Part shown: piece after piece, positions 8,664-17,609 of the stretch
Numbering within the stretch: the stretch's first letter is position 1
Layout of the letters: each line of letters starts with the position of its first letter
Virus record (IMG/VR): IMGVR_UViG_3300027575_000006
Location: 1 to 43,975 of that record
Source of the DNA: a virus
Taxonomy: Duplodnaviria; Caudoviricetes
Strand: one strand, 5' to 3'
DNA: 43,975 nt
Translations under genes and position numbers: made by a program
The notes under the pieces: model-generated
The model's input: only the letters and a program-made list of their open reading frames with translations
Told to the model about the DNA's origin: nothing
Databases searched by the model: none

Positions 8664-10931
8664 TCACCCTCCAAAGCACAGTACGTTAATTGTTGCCCCT
8701 GTAAGTGCAACAGAGGCACCAAGCGTAATCGCCGTTGTTGATGTTGACGTTATATCTACCACAGATGCCGTAGAATTGGAACTGATCGTGCAGACTGGCG
8801 CTGCGGTCCACATGTGGCCAAAGTTCGCTGTGACCGAAGTCTGCGCTGTCCCTGATGTAATAACGAAACGTTGATCATTACCAGCGACCGAAGTAGCGCC
8901 ACTTCCAGCAGTAGGTGTGAATGATGTAGCTGGGTTAATAATCCCGCTGAAGGTGGTGGCTGGGTTAATGATCAGACTCGACGCATTGATCGTTGCGCCC
9001 ACGTCACCCGCCCCAGAGTCATTGATAGCCTCCAAAACGGCACGAGAACCCGACGAGTAGAGCAGCCAGTTTTGGCCGCTCGCGACATGCACGTTGAGAG
9101 GCAATGTAGTGAGGACACCACTCAGCGTTCCTCCGCCGATTCTCACGTTAGATGCATTCAGCGCGATGTAGTCGCCCGATGGCGATCCGTTTGATGTACT
9201 CGCGAGAGTCAGCGATGACCCCGCCGCGGCTCCGCCGTAGTGCGTGGCAGTCGTGATCTGCCCAGTGAGCGTTTCTATTCCCTGATCCACAATAGTCTTT
9301 ACAGCCCCAGTACCACCGTCTGTTAGTGTGTCATTACGATTTCCAATGATCGAATAATTAGTGCTTGTTCCTGACGCCACCGTGATCGGGCCATTATTGA
9401 GATCATTGCCAATCAGCGCGAAGTTAGACACATTTGCGGCTACAGTGATCCCATATGGATTACCACTGTTTAAAAAGTTTCCCTCGATCGTTACCGTGCC
9501 ACTCGTCTCATTGAGTGCGATTGTGCCGCCGAGATGCGACCCCCCAAGGTAAAACCACGTTAACTGTGTAAGAGTTATACCATAACTTGAAATTGCCCCC
9601 CGCATCTCAATATTGGCCCCGGATGAATTAACTACAAGTCCAGGATTATACATTCCCGCACCTGATAAGTCTGTCTGCCAGAGATTATTCTCCAACGCCA
9701 TACCTTCGGTCAAAGTAGCCGTAGGTGCCGTACCACAAGTGCCTCCCGAAATGGTCAGAGTCACCGGATTAGTAGGTAATACCGTGTAGTTGCCAGGTGT
9801 AGTCGCCGCTAAATTGCCTGACAGAACACCACCCGAGACTGTACCGGTGACAGTAGCAGAAGTTCCAGTTCCGCCAACAACCGTGAAGGTCTTGATCCCA
9901 TTAGTGCAAGTCGCGCCTCCCGTCGCCACAGTCGCCGCGGCGACACCTGACTGGAATGACAATCCGGCATAGTTCGCCGATGGTGCGAACAGTTGCCAGG
10001 TCACATGATTGTCGGTGATCGCTACCCCAAAATTGGCATTGGTGGGGGCACTACCACCACTCTTATCATCTCCAGTATTCGCCACTGCAATCAGAAGTGG
10101 CCCACTATTGTTGACAACATTGCCAACACTATAAGCTGTATTCGCTACCCAGTTTGGATACGCCATGGGATTGGTGGCGTTGGTAACGTTCGTAGGCGGA
10201 GAGACATCGAACTTATTACGCTTGAACCACGAAGCCCCAATCCCGAGCACGTTTGATGGACCATAACCACCCTCGGATGTTATATTCCAAAATGAACCAT
10301 CCGTGCAATTCACGACGAGCGTATAATATCCGCCGATAAGCAAGAGATCGTGGACGCTACTGTTTAAGCAACTGTTGAATGTAACGGCGTTCTGGGTCGC
10401 TCCGTATGTAGTGGTATCGTTATTAGACCCTTTCCCATAGATTGAAAGATTGGCTACCTCTGCCCCCGTCCACGTAGTATCCGTGGTTAGAACCGGGACA
10501 TCGGTGTGGGCAGCATACAGTTCACTCGTGAACTGACTTCCGCCGATAAGCGAAACTCCCTGCGTCAAGACCAGATTTGGAGTAGTTCCATTTCCTGGTA
10601 CATAGCAGTGGGAATCCGGAGGAATATATACAACTCCGCTATTAAACGTGCTCGCAAGATAATTGATCGCATTCTGAATAGTCGTCGTATCATCGGTCAC
10701 ACCATCACACTTGGCACCATACTGAAGAACATTTATTACTGCTGCACTATTGTATGTGATCGAACCATTAGTTCCGAGGTTTTTTCCAAGCGCTGCTGCG
10801 ACCCCTGTACCAAGACCCGTAATCCCAGTCACAGGTAGAGATGATCCAGGTTTAACAATCTGTGCATACGCAGAGATTGAGGAGAGGATTGATAATCCAA
10901 GAATAATGATAGTCTGAGAAATTCTGTTCAT
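8664..10931 (-). CDS. Tail fibre/tailspike (pectate-lyase-like beta-helix) with N-terminal signal peptide
   Basis: INVLQYGAKCDGVTDDTTTIQNAIN...VYIP beta-helix cap motif; Gly/Thr/Asn-rich; N-terminus MNRISQTIIILGLSILSSISAYA|Q. Confidence 0.8.
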   Translation of the reverse strand: MNRISQTIIILGLSILSSISAYAQIVKPGSSLPVTGITGLGTGVAAALGKNLGTNGSITYNSAAVINVLQYGAKCDGVTDDTTTIQNAINYLASTFNSGVVYIPPDSHCYVPGNGTTPNLVLTQGVSLIGGSQFTSELYAAHTDVPVLTTDTTWTGAEVANLSIYGKGSNNDTTTYGATQNAVTFNSCLNSSVHDLLLIGGYYTLVVNCTDGSFWNITSEGGYGPSNVLGIGASWFKRNKFDVSPPTNVTNATNPMAYPNWVANTAYSVGNVVNNSGPLLIAVANTGDDKSGGSAPTNANFGVAITDNHVTWQLFAPSANYAGLSFQSGVAAATVATGGATCTNGIKTFTVVGGTGTSATVTGTVSGGVLSGNLAATTPGNYTVLPTNPVTLTISGGTCGTAPTATLTEGMALENNLWQTDLSGAGMYNPGLVVNSSGANIEMRGAISSYGITLTQLTWFYLGGSHLGGTIALNETSGTVTIEGNFLNSGNPYGITVAANVSNFALIGNDLNNGPITVASGTSTNYSIIGNRNDTLTDGGTGAVKTIVDQGIETLTGQITTATHYGGAAAGSSLTLASTSNGSPSGDYIALNASNVRIGGGTLSGVLTTLPLNVHVASGQNWLLYSSGSRAVLEAINDSGAGDVGATINASSLIINPATTFSGIINPATSFTPTAGSGATSVAGNDQRFVITSGTAQTSVTANFGHMWTAAPVCTISSNSTASVVDITSTSTTAITLGASVALTGATINVLCFGG

Positions 10932-11296
10932 GATCGGGGTGCCCCACTATAGAAACTGATATCAATGACCGGACTACCTGATTGGGCAATCACGGAGAAA
11001 GCTCCCATAGTGCCAGAATAGTCCAGACATGTCCCAGAGATCAGAGGCATACCTACGGTTGCTGTTGGGCTTGTACCATCATCACGCCATCGGATGTTAG
11101 CAATCTCAATACAAATCACAGCCCATATCGTTAGGTTAGGGATACCTCCAGAGCAGGTAGAAATCAGAGCAGCAGTACCCGAGGCTGTGAGTTGGCAATA
11201 ACCCAAAGGCCTAACATAATCTGTCTGAGCACGCTCCTGGGCATCTGCCAAGGAACCCAAACTAAGAATGATCAGCATACTTAGAAGAAATCGCAT
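10928..11296 (-). CDS. Small beta-rich virion-type protein with signal peptide
   Basis: Start revised to ATG 11296 (SD AGGTG), because the longer ORF would start within the terminator; MRFLLSMLIILSLGSLADA|Q; NIRWRDDGTSPTATVGMPL motif; 4 Cys. Confidence 0.7.
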   Translation of the reverse strand: MRFLLSMLIILSLGSLADAQERAQTDYVRPLGYCQLTASGTAALISTCSGGIPNLTIWAVICIEIANIRWRDDGTSPTATVGMPLISGTCLDYSGTMGAFSVIAQSGSPVIDISFYSGAPRS

Positions 11297-11308
11297 ATAG
11301 CACCTATG

Positions 11309-11335
11309 AAAAGGGCGGGCGTACCAGGCCCGCCC
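11309..11335 (-). terminator. Intrinsic terminator after the capsid gene cluster
   Basis: Minus strand GGGCGGGC-CTGGTAC-GCCCGCCC-TTTT. Confidence 0.75.
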
Positions 11336-11359
11336 CAAGGGGATACGATGTCTCCAGGA

Positions 11360-12007
11360 TTAGAAGATCGGAGACTCAATCCAGGACATCCCAAGATCGA
11401 CACCAGAAGCCGTAGAAGCCGCAGTTGTCATAGCTACGGAGACTGCCACACCTGGAGGCACAATAGTACGTCCCTGGAACTCGTAGTGGATCATACTAGA
11501 CGTGGGATCGGTAGTGGCCCCCCACCCACCAAGAATGCGGTGACGAACCGGCGTGCCAGAGTGTGTGAACGCGGAGTAGGGTACACCCTGGCCACCGATG
11601 GACGCGCCTACCTGACCAGGGAGTGGAGTTCCCGCCGTGGTGAACGTGCCCTTGCCTGTCAGAGCACCATTCGAAAAGTAAAGCCCAATGGTGTCAACTA
11701 CTGTAGTTGCAAGGACAATCGAAGCGTCGAAGTCAACCAACTCCAGCCATCGGTTGGAATTGACAGGATTGTATAAGGAGAACACCGACACGAGGCCCGA
11801 GGCAACGACAGGGACTGTCACAGCGGTGACATTAAAAGTAAACAAGGCACCTCGTGCAGCGGCCTGAAAGCCAGAACCATGAGCCCACGAGATGAGCGTG
11901 GATTCATCAGGAGCTAAACCGATCGCAGCCAGGGAGTTGTCGGCCTGGCGAATCGTGTAGGGGTTGAGCACATTACCATTGACTTCAACAGTAGAATTGT
12001 CCGACAT
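11360..12007 (-). CDS. Putative head-associated structural protein
   Basis: ATG 12007 with AAGGAG SD; beta-rich, Cys-free; within capsid cluster. Confidence 0.55.
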   Translation of the reverse strand: MSDNSTVEVNGNVLNPYTIRQADNSLAAIGLAPDESTLISWAHGSGFQAAARGALFTFNVTAVTVPVVASGLVSVFSLYNPVNSNRWLELVDFDASIVLATTVVDTIGLYFSNGALTGKGTFTTAGTPLPGQVGASIGGQGVPYSAFTHSGTPVRHRILGGWGATTDPTSSMIHYEFQGRTIVPPGVAVSVAMTTAASTASGVDLGMSWIESPIF

Positions 12008-12017
12008 GGTGATCTCC

Positions 12018-12266
12018 TTATAGACCTGGAAGATCGGCACCAAGAGTGCCGTTGTTGAGGGCGCCAGAATCAATATACTCCAGAATCTGCCTAAGGAGGA
12101 GATTCACATCAAGGCGCGTAATACCTGTAGCGTTCGACCCATTATTGATCTGGATATTCACCTCGACATCGACCGCCGTTCCAGACGAACTAGTTCCCGC
12201 TACCACATTTCCAAGGTGATTGTCCGCGCCACGCTTCAGTCCGAGGTAGTAGTTGAGGGCTGCCAT
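12018..12266 (-). CDS. Hypothetical virion protein (82 aa)
   Basis: Tightly packed in the capsid operon. Confidence 0.6.
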   Translation of the reverse strand: MAALNYYLGLKRGADNHLGNVVAGTSSSGTAVDVEVNIQINNGSNATGITRLDVNLLLRQILEYIDSGALNNGTLGADLPGL

Positions 12267-12269
12267 GGA

Positions 12270-12905
12270 TCAATCCACATAACTGACGCGCACGTACAAA
12301 TAGCCTGCCGCTCCAGTAGAGGCCGCCGTCGAGACGTACAACATGAGGTCGAAGAAGCCCTGATCATATGAGAAACCAAACAAATCCCAAAGGGGCGAAG
12401 TAGTGAGGCCTGGATCAGCACTACCATCCGTATTGACGAATGGATAGTAAGTCCGCGACCCATTGAAGACTACATCCGTAGGCCCATAGACTGCATTGTA
12501 GACTGGAGTAATCTGACCATAAATGAGATTGGGAGTCGTATAGCTTGCGATTGAAGTCGTGGTACCAGTGTTGGCACGCTGCGGGATCAACCCTTGCACA
12601 CCACCTGGCGTGCCATCGATCGTACTATCACTCCAAATCCAGTTCACGTCGAATACGAGAGTGTCGGCATTGTGTGTGTCCAACTCCGTACTCTCGGCTA
12701 CTACCACCGACTTGACCTTGGCACTGGCAGGCACTCTCACGACCTTGTAATAGGACGCGATGGTAGCAATACCAGCAGAGGTCACGGCAACATAGTCATC
12801 AACTACACGCTGATATCCTGGGGCTCCTTCACCAGTAGTATTCTGGATATAAGGGGTCGCATCAAGGTTAGTGATTGAAGTAGATTTTACAGTGTCAGCG
12901 GCCAC
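12270..12905 (-). CDS. Capsid decoration/cement protein (Bbp16-like position)
   Basis: Directly after MCP; SD AGGAG; jelly-roll-like VVRVPASAKVKSV...G.LYVRVSYV. Confidence 0.6.
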   Translation of the reverse strand: MAADTVKSTSITNLDATPYIQNTTGEGAPGYQRVVDDYVAVTSAGIATIASYYKVVRVPASAKVKSVVVAESTELDTHNADTLVFDVNWIWSDSTIDGTPGGVQGLIPQRANTGTTTSIASYTTPNLIYGQITPVYNAVYGPTDVVFNGSRTYYPFVNTDGSADPGLTTSPLWDLFGFSYDQGFFDLMLYVSTAASTGAAGYLYVRVSYVD

Positions 12906-12917
12906 GTGAATCTCCTG

Positions 12918-13832
12918 TTACGGGGTAATATCAGAGCCGGTCGAGTCCGCCGCAAGAACCTGGATAACCTTTCCCGGCTGAGTGCGTGAACCTCCATAGG
13001 ATACCGCAGTGTACAAGTCGTAGGGTTCGCCTGAGATGTCATTACGGATCGAAATGCGATTAATCGTATCCTTCCACATACCAAGGTACAGTCCTGACTG
13101 CACAAATGCGATACACTGGCGATCGGAGCCCGAAATCGTGAGGCGCTCAGTAACCACGATGTTAAAACCTAAGAAGCGAGTCACACGCCCATCCACAAGA
13201 ACCGGCCTATCATTAAATTCGGTAGATACCACCTGCACCTGGTTAAGAAGGTCTGATTCCTGCTGGGACCCGATGACTAGAGTAAGGGGATCATTGTCCA
13301 GGTCATTGTGGTAGTGTCGTAGAATGCGCTTGGCCTCGATCAGTTTTGCTACAGTCAAACCTGAGGCAGCGCTGGAACCAAAGGTATCTGCTACTTGGAA
13401 CGTAGAGGTGGCAAACGTCTCCTGCACCAGGCCTCCGGCATCCTGTCCAGTGTAGGAAATACCGAAAGCTGCCGTGATAAGACAGTCGTCCCAAGCGCGT
13501 CCTACGGCCATTGCCGCGTTGGTGCTATACTGGGACTTGGGATCAACGATGGTTTTCAACTCATCGAAACTATCGATGAGCTGGTCAATTTCGCCGTCCT
13601 GTGGGAATACCCAACGCCGAGTAAAGTCCGCATCAGTGCGATTCTTCGGAGAGAAGCGTCCCGCGGGTGCTTTAAGCGCGATTGCCGCAATCTGGTTGAT
13701 GGGCGATGCCTGCTTGCCGACGTGGAAGCCTTCTCGCGTCTTGCCACGAAGCAACGAACCCATCTGCTGGAGCTTCAGCTCCATATAGGTCGAAAATTGA
13801 GTGGTGAAAAGTTTGAAGAGGTCCTCGGACAC
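12918..13832 (-). CDS. Major capsid protein
   Basis: FTTQFS...ELKLQQMGS.LR, RRWVFP, IDSFD.LK...DP.S.Y, A.GRAWDD, STEFN....LVDG....FLGF; GTG start with AGGAG SD. Confidence 0.9.
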   Translation of the reverse strand: MSEDLFKLFTTQFSTYMELKLQQMGSLLRGKTREGFHVGKQASPINQIAAIALKAPAGRFSPKNRTDADFTRRWVFPQDGEIDQLIDSFDELKTIVDPKSQYSTNAAMAVGRAWDDCLITAAFGISYTGQDAGGLVQETFATSTFQVADTFGSSAASGLTVAKLIEAKRILRHYHNDLDNDPLTLVIGSQQESDLLNQVQVVSTEFNDRPVLVDGRVTRFLGFNIVVTERLTISGSDRQCIAFVQSGLYLGMWKDTINRISIRNDISGEPYDLYTAVSYGGSRTQPGKVIQVLAADSTGSDITP

Positions 13833-13919
13833 AGCCGATCTCCTGCCTACTGTTGCGGAGCGGCCTTGTCCATCTCGGGGGCCAGGGGACGCCTATCGGT
13901 TGTGTCCCGTGCTTGCCTA

Positions 13920-13949
13920 ATATAGGCACTCGATTGGGGTCATGTCAAG
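13920..13949 (-). promoter_or_regulatory. Sigma70-type promoter upstream of the capsid gene
   Basis: CTTGAC-N18-CTATAT, matching the rhizobial housekeeping consensus. Confidence 0.7.
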
Positions 13950-14196
13950 TAGGAGGTGCCTGACCAGTGAGAGCATAGAGTTCATTATAGGTCATGACCC
14001 CATATGTGAGTCCGGCCGCCACCACCGTGGAAAGGTACACATTGTCGGCCGCTGCCAAGGTAGAGGCCAGATTCTGTGAGTTGAGAGGATTGCTCCCATA
14101 CAGGGCAATTGCAGCCGCACTGCTCACCTGCCGTATAGTCTCAGCAGTACATACAACTGCATCGAAACTACTCTGCCCTGTAGCCCATATGGCCAC
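13945..14196 (-). CDS. Hypothetical protein between scaffold and capsid
   Basis: 83 aa; GTG start with AGGAG SD right after the scaffold stop. Confidence 0.6.
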   Translation of the reverse strand: MAIWATGQSSFDAVVCTAETIRQVSSAAAIALYGSNPLNSQNLASTLAAADNVYLSTVVAAGLTYGVMTYNELYALTGQAPPT

Positions 14197-14198
14197 AG

Positions 14199-15032
14199 TT
14201 ATGCTCCTGCTATGATCTGGTCGAGAGCGGCCAATCGCCTGATTGCCTCTGTATCTCCGGCAAGAGCCTTCCTGCCAAAGGCAGCATCGGCCATGAGTTC
14301 TCGCTTGGTGGCATATGCCTGTTCGCGTGTCATAACGCCGGGTACGGGTCCACTTGAGCTAACAAACTTGTCCTCACCGATCTTTGTTCCGATCGATCGG
14401 AACATTTCCATGACCTTGTCATAACCAAGTACACCCTCAAGGGCATCCACAGTTGCTGGATCGACACCAAGGGCACGAGCTGCTCCCTTGGCAACTACCA
14501 TGTTGGCTTCCTTGTTCACTCCCCAGTTCTTCTGAAGTTCCTGTTTCTGGAGAGTAAGTGTGGCCAATTTGTCGTCTGCTTTGGTCTTGTCAGACTGTTC
14601 CTGAAACTTAACAATCCCGCGCACGACTTCAGAAGCGGCGTCCTTCGTCACATGTGCACCGTGGAGTACCGCCCTCATAGCCTCTGTGAACTGGGAATCC
14701 AACTCACCTCCATCTGTTTTCTTAATGGTGGCGAAGTCGTAATCTTTTGCCTCCTTGGGGACTCCCAGGCGCTGATGAACTGTGTCCCAGCCAGCCTTGT
14801 CCCCGGCATCCACGGGAATCTTCAGCACGCGGTCAGGTGGTACGCCGATGACCTTCTGAGCCTCACGGTGCGACTTCACGGCAGCCAAAGCAACTTCCTC
14901 AGGTGACTTATCATGCCACCCATGATTCTGCATATGTCCCAACAACTCCGCGTCCACCTTACCGGCATGCCAGGGTTGGGGAGATGGTGGAGGGGTAGGC
15001 GGTGGTGTCGTGTTAACAATCGGATCAGGCAT
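14199..15032 (-). CDS. Capsid assembly scaffolding protein
   Basis: Pro-rich N-terminus; W..V..RLG.P.....Y, LQKNWG and IG.KIGED motifs; located between portal and MCP. Confidence 0.8.
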   Translation of the reverse strand: MPDPIVNTTPPPTPPPSPQPWHAGKVDAELLGHMQNHGWHDKSPEEVALAAVKSHREAQKVIGVPPDRVLKIPVDAGDKAGWDTVHQRLGVPKEAKDYDFATIKKTDGGELDSQFTEAMRAVLHGAHVTKDAASEVVRGIVKFQEQSDKTKADDKLATLTLQKQELQKNWGVNKEANMVVAKGAARALGVDPATVDALEGVLGYDKVMEMFRSIGTKIGEDKFVSSSGPVPGVMTREQAYATKRELMADAAFGRKALAGDTEAIRRLAALDQIIAGA

Positions 15033-15336
15033 TGTCAGTTACTCCTGCATAGGTGAGTTCTCTGCCCGTGGCTAAGCGGTACAGGTCCTCGGATGATAAG
15101 TTTAAGTGATTCTGGATTCGAAGCCACACCTCTCGGCGCCCCTCAAGGACCAGAGAACGGTTCCGATCGATACTCCCATCGGCATTGGTAACCACACACG
15201 TCTCTGCGGCACGGCAGAAGTCTGCCAGGTCGATGAGAACCTGGTTCCCGGCTGGTTGCATAAAGCATAGTGCATAACTCTTCTTACGCGCCCGCACAAA
15301 GTCGAGGATTCTACCCACGGTGTCAATTGTACTCAC
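15025..15336 (-). CDS. Bbp19-like protein
   Basis: Y...F..PAG..VL.DLA.FC...EGRREVWLRI motif after portal. Confidence 0.8.
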   Translation of the reverse strand: MSTIDTVGRILDFVRARKKSYALCFMQPAGNQVLIDLADFCRAAETCVVTNADGSIDRNRSLVLEGRREVWLRIQNHLNLSSEDLYRLATGRELTYAGVTDNA

Positions 15337-17108
15337 TATGGTCCTCCTGGTTGCTGTATTGGTTGCTGAACCTGAGGACCCCCGATCCCTTGCTGTGGTC
15401 CTACGCCTGGTTGATTCTTCTGCACTACGGCTTGCGCCTTCATCATAGCAGCCTGAGCTGGCATAGCCTGTATCTGCTCCTGGCGCTGTTGTGCCTGAGC
15501 CCGCATCTGGCGCTTCTTAGCGACCTCCGTTGGAGTTGCCATCCATCGTTCTGGCACATTCTGAATGTCAGTAGCAATCTCTGGAAGAGCAGCGTCGAAG
15601 TTGAATGAGTCCAAATAACTGGGGTCTCCAGTGATGTTGACCACTTCCTTGGCAGTCTCAACCGTACGTATAAATCCCGATGCCTCCCCCGCTCGCTGAG
15701 CCCGAGCCAGGGGAGTTGTATAGACAACCTCATATTCTCCCTTTGCCTCTCTTAGGCGGGGAGGCATCGGTGGAAGCAATCCTTGTTGACCCAAGAGGTC
15801 CAGTTCCCGGTCGATCATTGGGCCTAGATACTCACTCTGCTGCCGCCCCAGAGTAGGTGCTATAAGGATGCCCTTTTCGTTGGTGCGTTCTATAACCTCT
15901 GTTGCTGTCATCTGCGGAGTTTCAGTGAGAATTTGGAATAATGACACCAGAAATGCATCATTGATAAGACTTCGCTCCTCCTGGAGCATTTCCTTAGCTA
16001 TCTGGATATTGCCAGTCGGCAGAATTTTCACTAGTTCTCGGCCCTCGGCCGAGACGCCACCCTTGTTGAGCGCCCCTGGGCGCATGTTAAAGTTCACAAT
16101 GCCATCGTCTGCGACGAGCAGCACCGGATCGGAGGCTCTATGTCCCTGCTTGAGGAATACTCTCTTCTGAGCATTGAGCGTCTTCAGAGCCGGCAAGACC
16201 ATAGTAGCTGGTCCTCGACCGTAGACCTCGTCAGGAAATTGCTCATAGCGAGTGAAGGGGAAAGGGAAGGTATGGTAGCCACCTGGTGGCGACATCAGAC
16301 ACTTGCCTTCGAAAGAGATATAGTAGGAACTATAAACCTTTCCCTTGTAGTCAAGTCGATCAGGGTCATAGTCCACATTAGGCTTAACACAGTGCAAGAA
16401 GTTGTACAGCATCTCGCTATTCTGCTGTAAGGCTGTCTGCAATAGAGCTGGCAATGCTCCTGGCCACTTCTGCTCGGCCTGGCGAGCAGTCATTCTCCAC
16501 CACCGGATCATCGTGTCGATGACCCCCTGATGGTTCTCACGTACAAATGCCTGACCTAAGGGAATAGCCTTATAGCGCAGACCCTTGCGAATCTTCTGGA
16601 TATCATCGAACTGGTCCACAAATATACACCCGTTGCCGAAGGCACCGAGAGATTGATAGACCATTTGGTTCTGCGATGGAAAGTTGGCCTCAGGAGCATA
16701 CCGATATTTGAAGAGTTGACGAGTCGCAGTCTCAAACCATAAACGTGTCTGCCTATCCTTCATAACATAATCATCATTGGCTGATAACCCATGCCATGTC
16801 ATGTTACGTGGAGTCAATAAGGAATCGCATATAGCCCCGAAGCGGCTATTGGCCATCATACCGGTGGCGTCCACTTGATGGTCGGTCTTCTTCTGGCCCG
16901 GAAAGTTGAACGTTCCGAAATAGAACGTGTTGCGCTGATTCGGAGCAATCAACTCCGCGGTCTCCTCCCATTGCCCTGCGAAAGTATTACGCCATGTATG
17001 AATCTGATTGAAGATAGAGATGGTCTCGATCACGAGTTCCATCTCCCGATCAGAGATCATGCGCGGGACAGAAGTAGAGTAGGGCTTGGTGGTAGAGTAA
17101 TCGACCAT
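15336..17108 (-). CDS. Portal (head-to-tail connector)
   Basis: L.AFGNG, E.YGRGPA...LP..KTLN, MTATEVIER..EK and E.L.PMIDR motifs; Gln-rich C-terminus. Confidence 0.92.
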   Translation of the reverse strand: MVDYSTTKPYSTSVPRMISDREMELVIETISIFNQIHTWRNTFAGQWEETAELIAPNQRNTFYFGTFNFPGQKKTDHQVDATGMMANSRFGAICDSLLTPRNMTWHGLSANDDYVMKDRQTRLWFETATRQLFKYRYAPEANFPSQNQMVYQSLGAFGNGCIFVDQFDDIQKIRKGLRYKAIPLGQAFVRENHQGVIDTMIRWWRMTARQAEQKWPGALPALLQTALQQNSEMLYNFLHCVKPNVDYDPDRLDYKGKVYSSYYISFEGKCLMSPPGGYHTFPFPFTRYEQFPDEVYGRGPATMVLPALKTLNAQKRVFLKQGHRASDPVLLVADDGIVNFNMRPGALNKGGVSAEGRELVKILPTGNIQIAKEMLQEERSLINDAFLVSLFQILTETPQMTATEVIERTNEKGILIAPTLGRQQSEYLGPMIDRELDLLGQQGLLPPMPPRLREAKGEYEVVYTTPLARAQRAGEASGFIRTVETAKEVVNITGDPSYLDSFNFDAALPEIATDIQNVPERWMATPTEVAKKRQMRAQAQQRQEQIQAMPAQAAMMKAQAVVQKNQPGVGPQQGIGGPQVQQPIQQPGGP

Positions 17109-17113
17109 TTACC

Positions 17114-17305
17114 TTATCTGTACCCTCCCAGGAGTGACATTGAGGCGGCTCCCATAGCCTGGTTCATCCCCATAGCCTGGGACTGCATCAATTTCTTGCG
17201 CCGATCTTTCTCCTCGTCTGAGAGTTGTTCACCCACCATATCACCTAACCCAAGATCAGTTGCGGCTCCAGTGAGGGGGAAATTCTTCTGACTAACCTGA
17301 GGCAT
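17114..17305 (-). CDS. Small virion-module protein preceding portal
   Basis: 63 aa ending RRKK...SLLGG, typical of genes in front of podoviral portals. Confidence 0.6.
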   Translation of the reverse strand: MPQVSQKNFPLTGAATDLGLGDMVGEQLSDEEKDRRKKLMQSQAMGMNQAMGAASMSLLGGYR

Positions 17306-17308
17306 GGC

Positions 17309-17455
17309 TTACCGCACAAGCATTACAATAATCACGATCACTATAATCAAACCTAGACCTCCACTAGGGCCGTAACCCCAGCCAGCACTGTACCCCCAAT
17401 GAGGGAGGCCACCGATGCACATTAGGATAAGAATGACTATTAGAACGAGATACAT
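17309..17455 (-). CDS. DUF3309-family small membrane protein
   Basis: MYLVLIVILILMCIGGLPHWGYSAGWGYGPSGGLGLIIVIVIIVMLVR (LP.W..S..WGYGPSGGLG signature); ATG 17455 with GGAG SD. Confidence 0.8.
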   Translation of the reverse strand: MYLVLIVILILMCIGGLPHWGYSAGWGYGPSGGLGLIIVIVIIVMLVR

Positions 17456-17467
17456 AGAATTATCTCC

Positions 17468-17575
17468 AAAAAGAAAAGCGGGGAGATCGGTTAATAGGCT
17501 TTTTGCAGCCTTCTCCGTTCTCCCCGCACATGGTCGTTGACCTTCTCCGGTAGCCATGGCGGTATTTACCGGTTT
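17468..17575 (-). ncRNA. Candidate small RNA / attenuator leader between terL and DUF3309
   Basis: Promoter at 17581-17609, stems CCGGTA/TACCGG and GGTC/GACC, then GCGGGGAGA...TCTCCCCGC-TTTTCTTTTT. Confidence 0.45.
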
Positions 17576-17580
17576 ACAAG

Positions 17581-17609
17581 ATATAGGACTAAAAAAGTGG
17601 GAAGTCAAC
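17581..17609 (-). promoter_or_regulatory. Sigma70-type promoter overlapping the terL stop
   Basis: GTTGAC-N17-CTATAT. Confidence 0.65.

Noticed and set aside
8664-10931. Diversity-generating retroelement target, given the BPP-1-like gene order
   Set aside because: No reverse transcriptase and no TR/VR repeat pair noticed
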